NCBI GenBank assembly: GCA_964016885.1
Contig: OZ024745.1
Coordinates: 86,614,001-86,678,000, forward strand
DNA from: Eledone cirrhosa
Taxonomy: Eukaryota
DNA length: 64,000 nucleotides
Direction of reading: 5' to 3'
In this document: one piece after another, positions 50,006 through 63,130 of the stretch
How the letters are laid out: every line of letters begins with the position of its first letter
Numbering within the stretch: position 1 is the first letter of the stretch
The notes under the pieces: generated by a model
What the model was told of the DNA's origin: nothing
The model's database searches: none
Seen by the model: only the letters and a program-made list of their open reading frames with translations
Program-made: the position numbers and the translations under genes

Positions 50006-50832
50006 ATTATATATTATCATATACACATCTAGAGAGTTAGAGGTGGCGAATTGACAAGACTGCTAGAACGTGAGATATGATACATTGCAGTATTTATTCC
50101 GTCAAATCGCGCCAAGGTCAATTTTGCTTCTCTATCTTTTGAAGTTGAGAAATAAAGTAACATTCCAGTACTGGAGTCAATATTTCCTCTATGTCTCTTT
50201 TTCACACATTCACACACACACTCACTCATTCTCTGGAAGAAATCGGACATGTTCAGACCTGACTCCGCCAGGTTTAAAATACCCAAGAAACGCCGTGTAT
50301 TACTATGGCACACTTACGAGTCGAGTCCACGAGGTGTTACGGATCCATACATACAAATAGAGGTAGGCACAGTCACGCATACACACGCATATATATATAT
50401 ATATATAATGGAAAAATTTGAACAGGGACAAAACAGAGAGGCAGCACAACAAATGTTTATTAATTTCACGCTCTGGAGAGTGGGGTGTTGGTGGGGGACG
50501 ACGTTTCGGGCATAATCCCTTCCTCGGGTGGGAAGTGTGTGGGAACAGAGTTCAAAGGGTGTGTAGGGGAGTGGTGGAGAGACATATAGCGAAAGGAAAC
50601 GGTGCGGATGAAAAAATAAAAAATAAAGATAAAAATAAAAATAAAGCATGATCAAAATACAAGGAATGAGATAAATTTAAAAATAAAGGCATGATCAAAA
50701 TAAACTGAAATTAAAAGGGGGTTAAACAGGTGGTGGAAGGGTGTGGGGTGTGTAGGGGTGGTGGCAGGTGGAGTGGGGAGAGGGAGACGGGGTGTCCGAG
50801 CGGGGAGGGCTAAAGGTGGTGTGTGTGTGTAG

Positions 50833-50871
<39 letters not shown>

Positions 50872-51379
50872 AAAGTAAGGGTTGGGGGAAGAACGGGGTT
50901 GCATGTTCAGGAAGAGGTGTGTGTGTGTGGGGTGGGGGTGGGGGGGGGGGGGTCGGGTCGGAGTGTCTGTGCGTGTGTGGATAGAGGGGTGGGGGGAGAG
51001 GAATCAGGAGGCTGAGGGTGTAGATATGTTGTGGAAAGCACGTGTGTGGGGTTTAAGCGTGTTGTGGGTGTAGGTGGCGTGTGGAGAAAAACATTTTTTT
51101 GGGGTGTGTGTGGGTGAGTTATATAGGTGATTACGTAAGAAGATGGTTGAAAAGTTGGTAAATTCCGAAGATGTTTAGTGGATTGGTTATTGGTCAATTT
51201 CTGCGTGTGGGTATTCCATGAAGCGATGGTCGGAAGAGGAGAGATGTGGGGTGCGCGCGCAACAGGAAGTGGTCAGCAGTGGGAGTGCTGTGGTCTGTTT
51301 GTGCTGGGAGGTGGTCAGAGGGCATAGCAGCAGTCGGTGGAATGGTAAAGGGGCGAGGATGGGTAGGTGTGAAAGTTGG

Positions 51380-52030
51380 AGTGAGGAGGGTGTGTGTGTG
51401 TGTATTGGTAGGGGTGTTAGTGGGATGAGTGAGTGTGGAGCGAGGGTGTGGGTGGAGCGGGCAGAGAAGGGTGTGTGTGGTTCTATGGAGGGAGTGTGGT
51501 GTACTGGTGTGTGTGTAGTTTGATGAAGAGGTGTTAGTGGGTATTAGTATACGGGAGGTGGGGAGGGGTTGAATGCAGGTGTGAGTGGGGGTTAGTGGTG
51601 GTAGGGTGTGTAGAGTTGGTGGTGTACGAGGGTGTGTGGGTACGTGTGCGTGGGGTTGGGGGGTGTTAGTGATGTTAGTTGCGTGTGGGGTGGGTGGTGT
51701 AAGTGGGTGCGTGTGTTCGTGTGCTTGGGGTTAGGGGGTGTTAGTGAGGTTAGTTGCGGGGTGGTGAGATGGAGGTGTGGGTGTGAGAGGTGTGGGGGTG
51801 AGGGTTAGTGGTGGTAGTAGGGTGTGTGTTTAGTGAGAGCGCGTGTATATATGTGCCGGTGGGTGTGTGCGTGTGATGAGGAGGGGTGAGGAGGAGAAGA
51901 GGGGAGGGAAGGGATGTTAGTATGTTAGTTGGGAAAGGGTGGTCAGATGAGGGGTGGAGTGGAGGTGTTAGTATTGTTAGTTGTGGGGTGGGCGGTGAAA
52001 AGGAGGGGTGTGTTAGTGGTGTTAGTGGGG
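51380..52030. repeat. G/T-rich low-complexity region with degenerate GGTGTTAGTG units
   Basis: Direct inspection. Confidence 0.7.
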
Positions 52031-52811
52031 GATATATATATATATATATATATATCACACATTAGAAACGGAGACTCAGTGTTGCGACGAATAAAATTTA
52101 TTAAACATATTACAATCGTTTCTCTGGCGACTAGCTCGAGGCACGATCGATGTAATGATCGAACCTGACTCTGAAATCGCAAGGTCCTCAGATACGTCTC
52201 GATTCTACGAAGCAGAGCTTTCAAATGTCCAGTTACACCCACGGCCCTCACTCGGCAGCTTAGATCCTGTTGTTGTCATTCTATGAGTGGTCAAGAATTG
52301 TACACGTCATCGGTATGTTTGGCCACTCATAGCCGCCCTATATTTGGTCCCTTTCATTCGCCACCTGTCAATCAAAGTTGTTTCTTAAATCGGAATTACT
52401 ACTGTAGGAGGTAAGGGAGTATATGATTGAACCACTCGCGCCCTGTCGCCGCCCTCTCAACCTGTAGGCGCCCTCACCCATGTCCATGTTTCGCGCAGGC
52501 GTGATACACACGGGCACTTATACACCTACAGCGATCACGTACACACCCGCAACTGTATTATATGTGACAATCACAGTAGATATTGAATGTGCAGCGAATA
52601 CTTAGAAAGAATTTAAAAAATAAAAGGAAAAAGATTTAACAGAACATTCCAGAAAAACAGCCTCAAAATACCTTAAAAAACACATTTCAAAAAGAAAAAC
52701 GCTGTAAAAAGAACGTTTTTAAAAGAATGCTTGAAATAGCCGTTCAAAAAAGTTAATTCAAAGGTATTTTTGATAAATATACACATATCTACACACACAC
52801 ACACGGGCGCG

Positions 52812-52878
<67 letters not shown>

Positions 52879-54129
52879 TACTCGGGAAAGCGTATACAGT
52901 TAAGACGCTGCACATATATACAGATGAAAAAATGGAAGATCTACACATACACATGCATACACTTACACAGGCATGTTCATACAAATACATCCACCCAGAC
53001 ATGTATACACATGCATGTATGCATATGTGCGTGGATACACATACATGTACCCGCGCATGGGCATGCTTATACATCCCTCAAAAAAGCACATACTTGTCCA
53101 CACATACACGCGCAACTGTGCACATGGCGCATAACATATTATATGACACAACATTCTTGAGGCTTTTACCCAACCCATTCATGTGGCGATATAAGCCTGA
53201 AGTGCATGCACAATATGCATAAATGTAATAGCTACGAAGTAGCCATGCCCTAATCACAGATGACATGGGTGGCACCTATATATAAATGCGTGTACATACA
53301 TAAAATAAAATAAAATATTGGAAAAAGGAATGTATACATGACAAAGATGCAGAGGGGGTAGCTGTTCACACCACCCGGACATTATCGGGATGTGCATAAG
53401 GTTGCATAAAAATACTTGAGGGCTATGGTGCATAGGGTTATATAAGATGTAGAGGGACTGACGATCCAAGGGACTGGGTAAGAGCGTGCACATCAACCAT
53501 GCACATGAGACAGGTGTCATGACTGGTAGACACAGGGGACCGTGTGTGCATATGCAAACAAGTTATATATATTGTGAATGTGTAGAATATCCTTTTCACA
53601 ATAGTATATATGAAATGTACATGGAATTGATGCATACATGGAATATATCGTGAATGTATAGAATATGTGTTTCATAACAGTATATATGAAATGTACATGG
53701 AATGGATGCATACATGGAATATACCAGCAGCTTGTTTTAGGCGTGTAGATAGCAACGGCAGGCAAAGTTAGAATTAACTGCAACACTAACCTTAAGACCA
53801 TCATCAAGTCCAACATCAAAGTTGCAAATTAAACATCACGAATCGAAAATTAAAAGTTAAAAATAAAAAATTCAAAACCACACATAAGGTTGTAGATAAA
53901 ATCAAACTTATATTGAGTCGGCGTCTCCAAGTTGGTGGGATGGTGTTATCCAAGGTACGTTACGAGGTAGGTATCGTTGGATCTATCGTTGATATTAGCT
54001 TGTTCCGCCTTGCATTCATAGGTATGCTGCGGCATATTGTGGTCCGCTTCATGCACCCCACCAGACCAGGCATTGTCATACCGGTAGTGCCTTAGATAGA
54101 CCCATCTGGTATCACTAAAGCGGAGAGCG

Positions 54130-56630
54130 TGCATTTACGTTGGTGTCTGCAGGCCTTAATGATTTCAGATTTGAGGTTGATTGCGTCGCCCTTTAGTTTA
54201 CTATCTCCATAGCCTCGGACAGGCACAACTTGCACCTCATCTCGCCAGCCGAGTACGCATTCGCGCGCTGGACAATACTCCAGCTGAGGTCAAACTCTGT
54301 GCCACTGTCTTTGAGTCCCCATATTAGGTCCGTCAGTCTGGTGGAGTGTCTCTTGTTCCTGTCCTTGAACGAATTTTTGTGGTTGTACATCCTCGATTTA
54401 AAAGTCGGGAATGTTGCCCCGATGTAGGTGTGCCTATCATTGTGCGTGGTAACCACACATCTGTAGACAACGCCCCTTGTCAGGCACATTCCCTACAGAG
54501 GGCACTCCTCTTTTACACGGCAGTTACATGTCCGTGCCTCATTTTTGTCATTCCCTTTATGTGGGCCTAACGTCTTATTTGGGTTCTCCCCGGTCCTCAT
54601 GTGGTGTTCCGGCAGAGTAGTGGACTCAGTGTTCACCACCTGCTGGTCTCTGTTGTCAGGTGTTACGTCCTCCACGGCCACAGCTCCGCCCCAGGCACAT
54701 CTCCAGAACCACTAGTCACTTCCCCATGCGCTCCACTCAGCCCCGCCCCCAACGTTCCTGAGGCCTGTAAAGTTTGTCGGTGGGGGTGTCCTCAATTTCA
54801 TTGCGTTGGCCTTGGCCATATAGTCTGCCATGTTGGGTGCCGTGGAAAATGAGAACTTCACGGTGTGGCGGTTGAATATTTTGTGGTATCTGTGGGATGC
54901 TGAGAAACTTTCGTGCAACGCCCTGAAGAAGAGTCCTGGAACGTTAGTGCATACATGCTTCGAGTATGGTGCATTGAACCATGTTATGTTCCTAGACCTA
55001 TTCTTATTTCGTCGTCTGCTACTAGTAATGTGTGCAGAGTCATGCTGGTTTCTCTGGTTACGCCCTACTCCTATTTCATCCCCTATTATATCCCTATGCT
55101 TAGAACTACGATTTAAGTCGGGAGAAAGGCATTCACTTACTATGTTCTGTACAAGTTTACTAGCCCTAGTTTTCATCCCCGTCCTGCTACCCGAGTATCC
55201 CGCCGTATCATTGTTGGTGTTCTTTATCCTGTTGTTATCCCTAGCGTGTTCTATGTCTTGTGCTACGTTAGCTACTTCACTATCTTTGGTTTCTCCGTCG
55301 TGGTTTGTGCTGTTTGTACGGTTAAGTCTGTATGTGCTGGGGTCCCTAGGGTTCCCATGCTCCCATTTCTGTCTATGCGTCGTGGTGTCTTGCAGTGCGT
55401 AATACTCCTATCCATATCGTTATGTGTGTACTCCCGGGTAGTTTGTCTGTCTATGTTAGTACTAATGGTATCCGGGTGTTTGCGTTCCTCGTTATGAGAC
55501 CTGCCTTTGTCCGGGGTGTACACTATGGCTTCTGTGTAACCGGCTTTGCCCAATGCCTCGTTGTATTAGTCGGCGTGCTGATTGAACACATCCGCATTGG
55601 CGGACAATGTGGATACGCGGTTGGATACCCCCTTGACTATTGCGTATATAACCGACTTGGGGTGGTTTGAGTGCCGGTTTACGTACTGCAGGTCCTAGTT
55701 AGGCTTGTGATATGGTCGGTATAAGCCTGTACCCAGTTCTAAGGATACGTCTAGGAAGTTTACCATCTTAGTGCTAGTTTCTATTAGCACGGATAAGCCG
55801 TGCTGCTTAAAAAATTATGAGATGCGCTCCAGCTGGATAGAGTTGTGAGCGGAAGGTATATATATTCCCCCGCCTATCCCTGGAATCTCTTCTGCTAACC
55901 TATGGAGTAGATAAATTCCCACCAGGTCCGTCACCTGTGCGGAGTCGCTCGACCCCATAGTGATGCCTAAACTGTCAGGTCTGCCTCTCCTTTCCCATAA
56001 TCTACCGTCAAACTTAATTAGCGTCTTTCTAGCAGCTATAATGATGTCCACTTCTCCTCTAGTTAAGTTGGACCTGGCCATAGCGCTCCTAAGGGCCTTG
56101 TTCACAATTACTGGTGAAATGGAAGCGTAGTAATTTTCTATGTCCAGCTGCACGAAGTCCACTTGCTGTTTGGTAAGCAAGCGATGTGAACCAGTCCATT
56201 ACCTCCTTAGTGGAAGTCCATAAGCTAAGTTTATTTCTATTCATAAGCGTTGGCAGGATCCTATCTATTATATTCTAACTGGCCCTACCTAGGTCCGACT
56301 TGAAAGGTGCTATTAGTCTAACCGGGAGGTTAGTCTTAAAGTCTAATTTATGATCCTTGATAGAAAACCGCGGTTTTCTAGGTATGTACTATTCGGTCCT
56401 GTCTGCTACTTCTAGTCCCGTCATTAATTTTTTGGTCGTGTTGTTTATTCTATCAAGGTTGTCCTGTCCTGTAGTCCTATAATTCTTCCTAATCTCTTTC
56501 TCATTGCATTTTCTATATGTTCTGTGGTTCATCCTGTAAATGTAACCCGTCTTATCCAAAGGTACAAGTAAGTCCGGGCAACTCTCCATGCTTTTAATCC
56601 TGGAGCTGAGCTTCTTCAGGAACCCGTTTC
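54130..56630 (-). pseudogene. Penelope-like element (Neptune-type) RT plus GIY-YIG, copy 4; GC-richer lineage, disrupted
   Basis: LDKTGYIY, KDHK, PVRLIAPFKSDLG, LDIENYYASI, ITMGSSDSAQVTDLVG, VNFLDVSL, SNHP, RNITWFNAPYS, CNCRVKEECPL, VVYRC...YIGAT...FKSRMYNH, CKLCLSE. Confidence 0.92.
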
Positions 56631-56639
56631 CACGTGACA

Positions 56640-56800
56640 GGGTGTGGTAAGATACCAGGTGGACCATAATGCACCAGAGTACGCAATACTTACGGTAATA
56701 GAGTGGGTAATAGGAAAAGAGTCAGGGCCCCGACGGCTGAGCTCCGGATCTAGCTGTCGAAACGGCCGGAGCTAGCCGTCGGTGTCCTGACTCTTTTCTT
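56640..56800 (-). repeat. PLE-terminal sequence with fold-back hairpin (half hammerhead)
   Basis: GAAAAGAGTCAGGGCCCCGACGGCTGAGCTCCGG ... GAAACGGCCGGAGCTAGCCGTCGGTGTCCTGACTCTTTT. Confidence 0.7.
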
Positions 56801-57146
56801 ATATATATATATATAAATGGAAAAACTGAAACGAAATTTCATTTCTCACTCTTAGTACGGCTGTTACTTAAATATAAGTAGGTATACGTACATACATATA
56901 TGTATACAGACGTACAGTAGTATGTATATATATACATACATGCTCACATATATATATGTGCGTATGGATTTACCGAACATTTATTATAATGGTCTGTTTG
57001 TTTGTAAACAAACATCCCGAATTATGTATGTATGTATTTATATACATGTATATATATACATACTACTTGCATTATATGTGTGCATGTATGTATATATATA
57101 CATACTACTGTACGTCTGCATACATATATGTATGTACGTATACATA

Positions 57147-57217
<71 letters not shown>

Positions 57218-57302
57218 GCACACACACACATATATATATGGTGGTCACCGATCTGTCCAGCTCGTTTGTCTACCAACATGAACATATTATACATCTCATA
57301 TG

Positions 57303-57380
57303 TATTTTGTCTGAAGAGGACATGTTTTGGTTTATGTTATACATAAAACTTTGTGTCTTCGAAATATATAGAGTAAAATA
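57303..57380 (+). ncRNA. Degenerate hammerhead with long stem II
   Basis: TATTTTGT-CTGAAGA-GGACATG...TGTGTCTTC-GAAA-TATATA-GA-GTAAAATA; cleavage site altered. Confidence 0.55.
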
Positions 57381-57421
57381 AATAGAGATGATATAAAGAA
57401 CATATCTTTCGTTTACTACTA

Positions 57422-57466
<45 letters not shown>

Positions 57467-57536
57467 AGTTTAACCCCGACAGCAGAGCTCAAGCCGTTTC
57501 GAAGGCTATTTCTGACTATTTCCAGAAATAGTCGTT

Positions 57537-57613
<77 letters not shown>

Positions 57614-57848
57614 AGATCAAAAGATGGTTAAAAGAGTTCCAAGTATTTTATTATGCGCATTTCAAAAAAAACAAATATCATGAGATGATATCTGCGTTCT
57701 CATCAGATAAAATAGGGAGACATGATATGAAGCTTAAAAAACACCTGTGAGCAGTGAAGTTTTAAATCAACATGAAAAATAAAATAAGATGGAAATATGA
57801 GATTGGGAAAAAAAATGAGGGGGAGGGGGTAGGAAAAGCTAAGGAAGA

Positions 57849-57871
57849 GGTTCCTTACCACAATTCCTTTG

Positions 57872-57911
<40 letters not shown>

Positions 57912-58092
57912 CAAAGGAATTGTGGTAAGGAACCAAATGGACCATAACGCACCAGAGTACTCAATTCTTAGGGTAGTAGAGTGGGAAATAGGAAAACGTA
58001 TGACCCCGACGGCAGAGCTCAAGCCGTTTCGACGGCAGTCCAGAAATAGCCGCCGAAACGGCTTGAGCTCTGCCGTCTGGGTCATACCTTTT

Positions 58093-58100
<8 letters not shown>
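57849..58100. repeat. Two nested fold-backs of the PLE-terminal family (one centred on (TA)n, one on a half hammerhead)
   Basis: GGTTCCTTACCACAATTCCTTTGTT-(TA)n-AACAAAGGAATTGTGGTAAGGAACC, then GACGGCAGAGCTCAAGCCGTTTCG...CGAAACGGCTTGAGCTCTGCCGTC. Confidence 0.85.
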
Positions 58101-58133
<33 letters not shown>

Positions 58134-58603
58134 AATTGTAGGAAAGTCAAGGATAAGAAATTATTTATTCCATATACCTCTATGAACGTTTCAATAGGAC
58201 TAGAATATCACATCAATTTGCAGAGCAACTGGAGATTATTAGTATTATCATCATCATAGGTGCAAGATAGGTAGAACAGTAAAAAAGCATACAGCTTTTA
58301 GACAGGCATCAGATGCAAGACAAACCACAACAGAAACACAAACCCTCTATCTCAATTTTACTTTTGAAAATCATAACTGTGAAACCGGTAAAGTAGATAA
58401 ATATTCTTAAAAGACTCCAGTTGCATTATCAATTTCTTTTCCTTATATATATATGTAACAAAGAGGGTGTGGACCATAATGCACCAGAGGACTCAATACT
58501 TAGGGTAGTAGGGTGGGTAATAGGAAAAGAGTCAGGACCCCGACGGCTGAGCTCCAGTCTTTTCGACAGCTAGATCCGAACGCTCGGATCTAGGTGTCGA
58601 AAC

Positions 58604-58884
58604 AATGAAATTAAACAAAATACGGGTAATTCATGGTAAAACTAATTATTTTACGATCGCTTCTGCGGGAAAAAAAAGGTTACTTATTCATATATGTTTT
58701 TATATTCTTCAATAAACAGAACTCATTATTTCTGAAGACGTATGTATATTTTCTTACTTTGATAATTTGTAATATATTTTACATAGATCACTAATAGAAT
58801 GAACATACGGAGAACTATCCCCCAGAAACGATCGTAAAATAATGAGTTTCACTATGAATTACCCATATTTTGTTTAATTTCATT
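58604..58884. repeat. Inverted repeat (~65-bp arms) made from the 3' part of a hammerhead-containing unit
   Basis: AATGAAATTAAACAAAATACGGGTAATTCAT...TTTTACGATCG versus CGATCGTAAAA...ATGAATTACCCATATTTTGTTTAATTTCATT. Confidence 0.85.
58721..58847 (+). ncRNA. Type I hammerhead with expanded stem II region
   Basis: ACTCATTATTT-CTGAAGA-CGTATGT...(~57 nt)...ACATACG-GAGAACTATCCCCCA-GAAA-CGATCG-TA-AAATAATGAGT. Perfect 11-bp stem I. Confidence 0.65.
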
Positions 58885-59360
58885 ATTTTCACGATTTGTA
58901 TTATTTTGACTCTGTTTCCAAGGAATTATATCGTTGAAATTTTGTATTTTAAACTTTACATGGCATCAATATAACAGTTATAACATTTTTAATTTTTAAA
59001 AACTACTATAGAAAGAGGAGAGAAAAGAAAGCATAGAGGAAGAAACAGCTGATGTGATAATATATTTAGTATGTGGGTTGAGAAGACAGATGAAAGATGA
59101 TTAAAGAGAGAGAGAGAGACAAAGGGGAGTAATTTATGTTCAAGTTTCTATACACACAGATTTCTATATAGTTGGCGGTTAATTTTCAAAATATTTAATT
59201 TGTTATTTCAGGGTAAAGAATCATATTTTAGGTTTTAAAAGTTAATAGGTATTTGTATTAATATTATAATATAATTGTTAAATTTCTAAAATTCAAATTT
59301 TATGAAAACAAATTTAAAGGATTTACGAAACACGAGAAAGAATATATATATATATATAAT

Positions 59361-59463
59361 TGTTTCTACTTACTGCACAAGGCCAGCAATTACCCAGTGT
59401 ATTACTGGTACTTTATTTTATTGACCCCGTAAGGATGAAAGACAAAGTTAACCTCGGCGGGAT
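59361..59463 (-). mobile_element. 5'-truncated Meta-type SINE in a (TA)n tract
   Basis: Family 3' half. Confidence 0.8.
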
Positions 59464-60235
59464 ATATATATATAATGTTTTATATCCTCACGAAGGTAAT
59501 CTTTACCAAAATTACTTATAGTATTGACAACAGTTTCTATAATATAATTTAGATAATTATAGTTATAATTATTAAAGAATTTATTGTTAAATAGTTTGAG
59601 TGCCTAAAGTATCAACCGGCCTTATAATTAAACTTAGAGGTCAGAATTTTCAACTATATATATGTATTGATCATAAAATACCAAGATTATAGTTTATTAT
59701 TTGTTCATAGTTGAGGTGATACCTTTCAAATATAAATAATATATTATTATATTACAATAATGCAATATTGCAATATAGTAAATAATTTCCTGAAGATATT
59801 GCTCAAAAATATATATAGTTAAAAATATTGTTAAAGAATTAATGTTTAATATCAATTATTTTCATTTAGTTGATATATACTATAAAGATATGTCAAAACT
59901 ATATGGGTCCTAGTGATAGGGGCTAGATACAAAATAAATATACAAATAAAAGAAAATTAATTATTTGTGAAATTTAAAGATGCCCAAAATTAGAAATAAA
60001 TGCAATAGGGTTTTAATAAAGTGTAGAAAAGATATCTCTAAAATATTTTAGCGAATGTGATATAAAGAAGCGCTGAATATTTGAAAAAGCTGAAGGTTAT
60101 CTAAATTTAATTAAAATAAAATAAAACAAAACAAGTTAAATTAAATTATATTATATTATTTTATATTATATTAAGTAAATGATTATACAAGTTCGACCTT
60201 CCAGGGAATACCAAACACTTATAACAATATAAAGT

Positions 60236-62226
60236 TATAGCGGAGAACTCGTGTGTATGAATGTAACAAAGAGACATTGTTTGTGTGTATAATATTTAAT
60301 CAACAATTTAACTGTATAGTTGACATGTCAATGAATAAACGAAAGAATTAGGCAAAGTTAGTAGTTACCGTTTTGATTGCCAGGCAATTTCAGGCTGGCA
60401 GAAGACGCCTGGCGAAGGCCAGGCGCCGGAAGGGCAAATGAGAGAGTGAGAACTTAAAGTTGTTAGTTTTATAGGGTTCTGACCGGAAGTTACAGAAAGG
60501 GTTCTACTTCCCGTCTAGATGTTGTTAATCTATTGGGGTTGTGAGTAACAACAAGGGAGGCAACTGCTACATAACCTCCCGCCAGATTTTTAGAATATAA
60601 AAATCGAATGAAATATGTAGCAAGTTGGCGAGGATATTGTAACAGGCATGAAAATTACGACAAAAGAATGTTTACAAAAATCAATGATAGATATCAAGGT
60701 AGCCAACCGCTCTTGGCCAGAGAACGACTGGACATCTATCTATCCATCACCCAAAGATACAATGTAATAAAGTAAGAGAAGAGCTCAAAGTTCAAATGTA
60801 CAAAATATAGTTAACAGGTGTGCAATCACATGACAGCAGGAAAGAAAGTGTGTTCCAGAGAATGAATGCAGGTGGTTTCTGTTCTGTGGTATATCGTGAA
60901 ATTTCCAACCTCCGAATGGATTTTCTCACAGGAAGAGTGCTGCAAAAATAAATTCTCTGGCTTGTTCTGCTGGTTTTGGTTGTTGGTAAAGCTGTGTTGC
61001 TGTTGATGTTGTCTCGCGGAGTGAGCGTATTCGGTGTTTAAATTCACAGTAAAAAATTTTTTTTCAGAAAAAATGAGTTGCGCAAAGTGCTAGAAATAAC
61101 AGCCGAAGTTGATGGTCGATGTTGAGAATGCGTTGACCTGGAAGGGTCAAGAGGCCAGCGACCAAAGAAATAAGCATTCTGAATAAATGCGCAGTTTTCA
61201 ACGGCAAATTTACGTGGTAAACTTTTAAACCGGCAAATAGGAGAATATAGCTTAAGGCTGAAGAATCCTTGGCGAGAAACGTTATCTCTGGCGTGTGGCT
61301 ATCTCTGTGAGTCGAAATATCTCTGTGAGTCGAAAATTTGTGCTGCCTACACGTGCCAATACAAGGTTAAGTTAGGTTGAAAAAATAATATTTCTAACGC
61401 GCGAGAAAATGATAGTGCAAGTGTGAAAGTGACAATGATGAAAAAGAAAGGCTTCACTCAGCATAATTATTGGTGTGTACTTTGAAAAAAAACTTGAACG
61501 ATGAAGAAAACGAGGAAAAAAAAAAAAAGGCAATGGTTCATCGAAAATAAATGTTCCTGTTGAAATGTTTTTAAACCCAAAAATATCAAATTTCTTTTTT
61601 TTTTTTTTTTTTGTTTTGAAAGTGTTCGTTGTAAGAAACGAGAAACATATATATATATCGTGAAATGCGACAGTTAGTTGATGCGTGAGAGAAAAAGTCT
61701 GTCTGAACGCGAATTTCACATGTGCGTGTGTTCGTTTCTTTGACTGAGTATTTTCATAGTTTGTCAATAAATTTGCTGTGTATTCGTAATGTTACTCACA
61801 CAACACCAGATTCTGCTATTTTTTCTTTTTTCGGGGTGACCACTTATAACAATGAACGGCTGCGTGTTCGTATCACGTCAGGGTTACCAATATAGCGGAG
61901 AACTCGTGTGTATGAATGTAACAAAGAGACATTATTTGTGTGTATAATATTTAATCAACAATTTAACTGTATAGTTGACATGTCAATGAATAAACGAAAG
62001 AATTAGGCAAAGTTAGTAGTTACCGTTTTGATTGCCAGGCAAACGCAGGCTGGCAGAAGACGCCTGGCGAAGGCCAGGCGCCGGAAGGGCAAATGAGAGA
62101 GTGAGAACTTAAAGTTATTAGTTTTATAGGGTTCTGACCGGAAGTTACAGAAAGGGTTCTACTTCCCGTCTAGATGTTGTTAATCTATTGGGGTTGTGAG
62201 TCACAACAAGGGAGGCAACTGCTACA
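60236..62226 (-). mobile_element. Non-autonomous LTR element (336-bp LTRs, ~1.32-kb interior without a recognisable ORF)
   Basis: Direct repeats 60236-60571 and 61891-62226; TSD AAGT (60232-60235, 62227-62230); PBS TGGTAACCCTGACGTGA after the right LTR on the minus strand; GGCGGGAGG before the left LTR. Confidence 0.9.
61873..61889 (-). promoter_or_regulatory. Primer-binding site, tRNA-Trp type
   Basis: TGGTAACCCTGACGTGA versus canonical TGGTGACCCCGACGTGA (complement of the tRNA-Trp 3' end UCACGUCGGGGUCACCA). Confidence 0.8.
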
Positions 62227-62619
62227 AAGTCATTTGAGTGTCTAAATTATTTATAAATGTAACTACGATTATGTTATTACACTAGATACAGATATTTGTA
62301 CAACTATATATAGATATAATTATAGGTATTAATGAAACGGTATACATTTAATAAAAAATAATAATTATAATCATTGTTAGTAATGCTATAATTGTAGTTT
62401 TACCTCCAGTTCAGTAGAGAGATATACCAATATTTGTCAGCTATTATGGTTTGTTAAATTTATACCTAGATATACATAGAAATTTAGATTTGCACTAGGT
62501 TTTTTTTGAGTCCTCATTCATTGAAGTATTCATTGAACCTTGTTTAACTCTTAAATATATAAATATATATATATATATATATGCAAAAGTTTTATTTAAA
62601 ATGTTGGGTTACAACGAGT

Positions 62620-63130
62620 AAATATTTTATAACTGATATAAAAGCACTCAACAGGTTTTGGAGTATTTTACGATATTAAACAAATGGAAATTACATTTAT
62701 AAAACCATATTTATTTCATTATATATATTTCAGGGATATCATATTGAAAACTTGGCGATAAATCTTTCGATTCCTTCAATTCTTTAAACCTTCTTCATGA
62801 ATATATAATTAATAATGTAATTAAACTACCTTAAAACGGTGATGATCCAAATCTATTGAATACAATTTTTAAGCTAGATAAACTTCTAGAATAAATATAA
62901 GAGCATCTGTAGAACAACCGAGTATCCTAAAGTTTTTTTGAATGATTTCTGCTAAATAGGTTTGGTGAATAATTTTGGTTTTGTTTGCTTTTGACTCTGA
63001 TTGCTTCTAATAAAATTGGCAATATTGTCAAATAAATTGGAGGGATTGATTGATATGCTGGGCACACTGTGTTTTTATTACGCCCCTAGATATTCTGGGG
63101 AGGAAAATATTCTTGGCGTTTTTAATATTT
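62620..63130 (-). mobile_element. PLE remnant: pLTR/UTR piece of the copy 1/2 family, next to a possible degraded GIY-YIG end
   Basis: 62625-62735 resembles 3945-4060 (GAAATATATATAAT, AAATATGGTTTTATAAA). Minus strand near 62870-62940 reads NFRILGCSTDALIFILE. Confidence 0.5.

Noticed and set aside
51380-52030. Interstitial telomeric repeat
   Set aside because: Only isolated TTAGGG; the dominant motif is irregular GGTGTTAGTG.
52105-52170. Possible hammerhead at the end of the copy 4 tail (minus strand GAAACGATTGTAAT)
   Set aside because: A stem I candidate exists but the CTGANGA core is unrecognisable.
58604-58884. MITE with 65-bp terminal inverted repeats
   Set aside because: No TSD, and one arm is the 3' half of a hammerhead unit; better explained as an inverted pLTR fragment.
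60217-61853. 13-bp match CACTTATAACAAT in the left flank and inside the LTR element
   Set aside because: Short and AT-rich, and not at an element boundary; probably chance.
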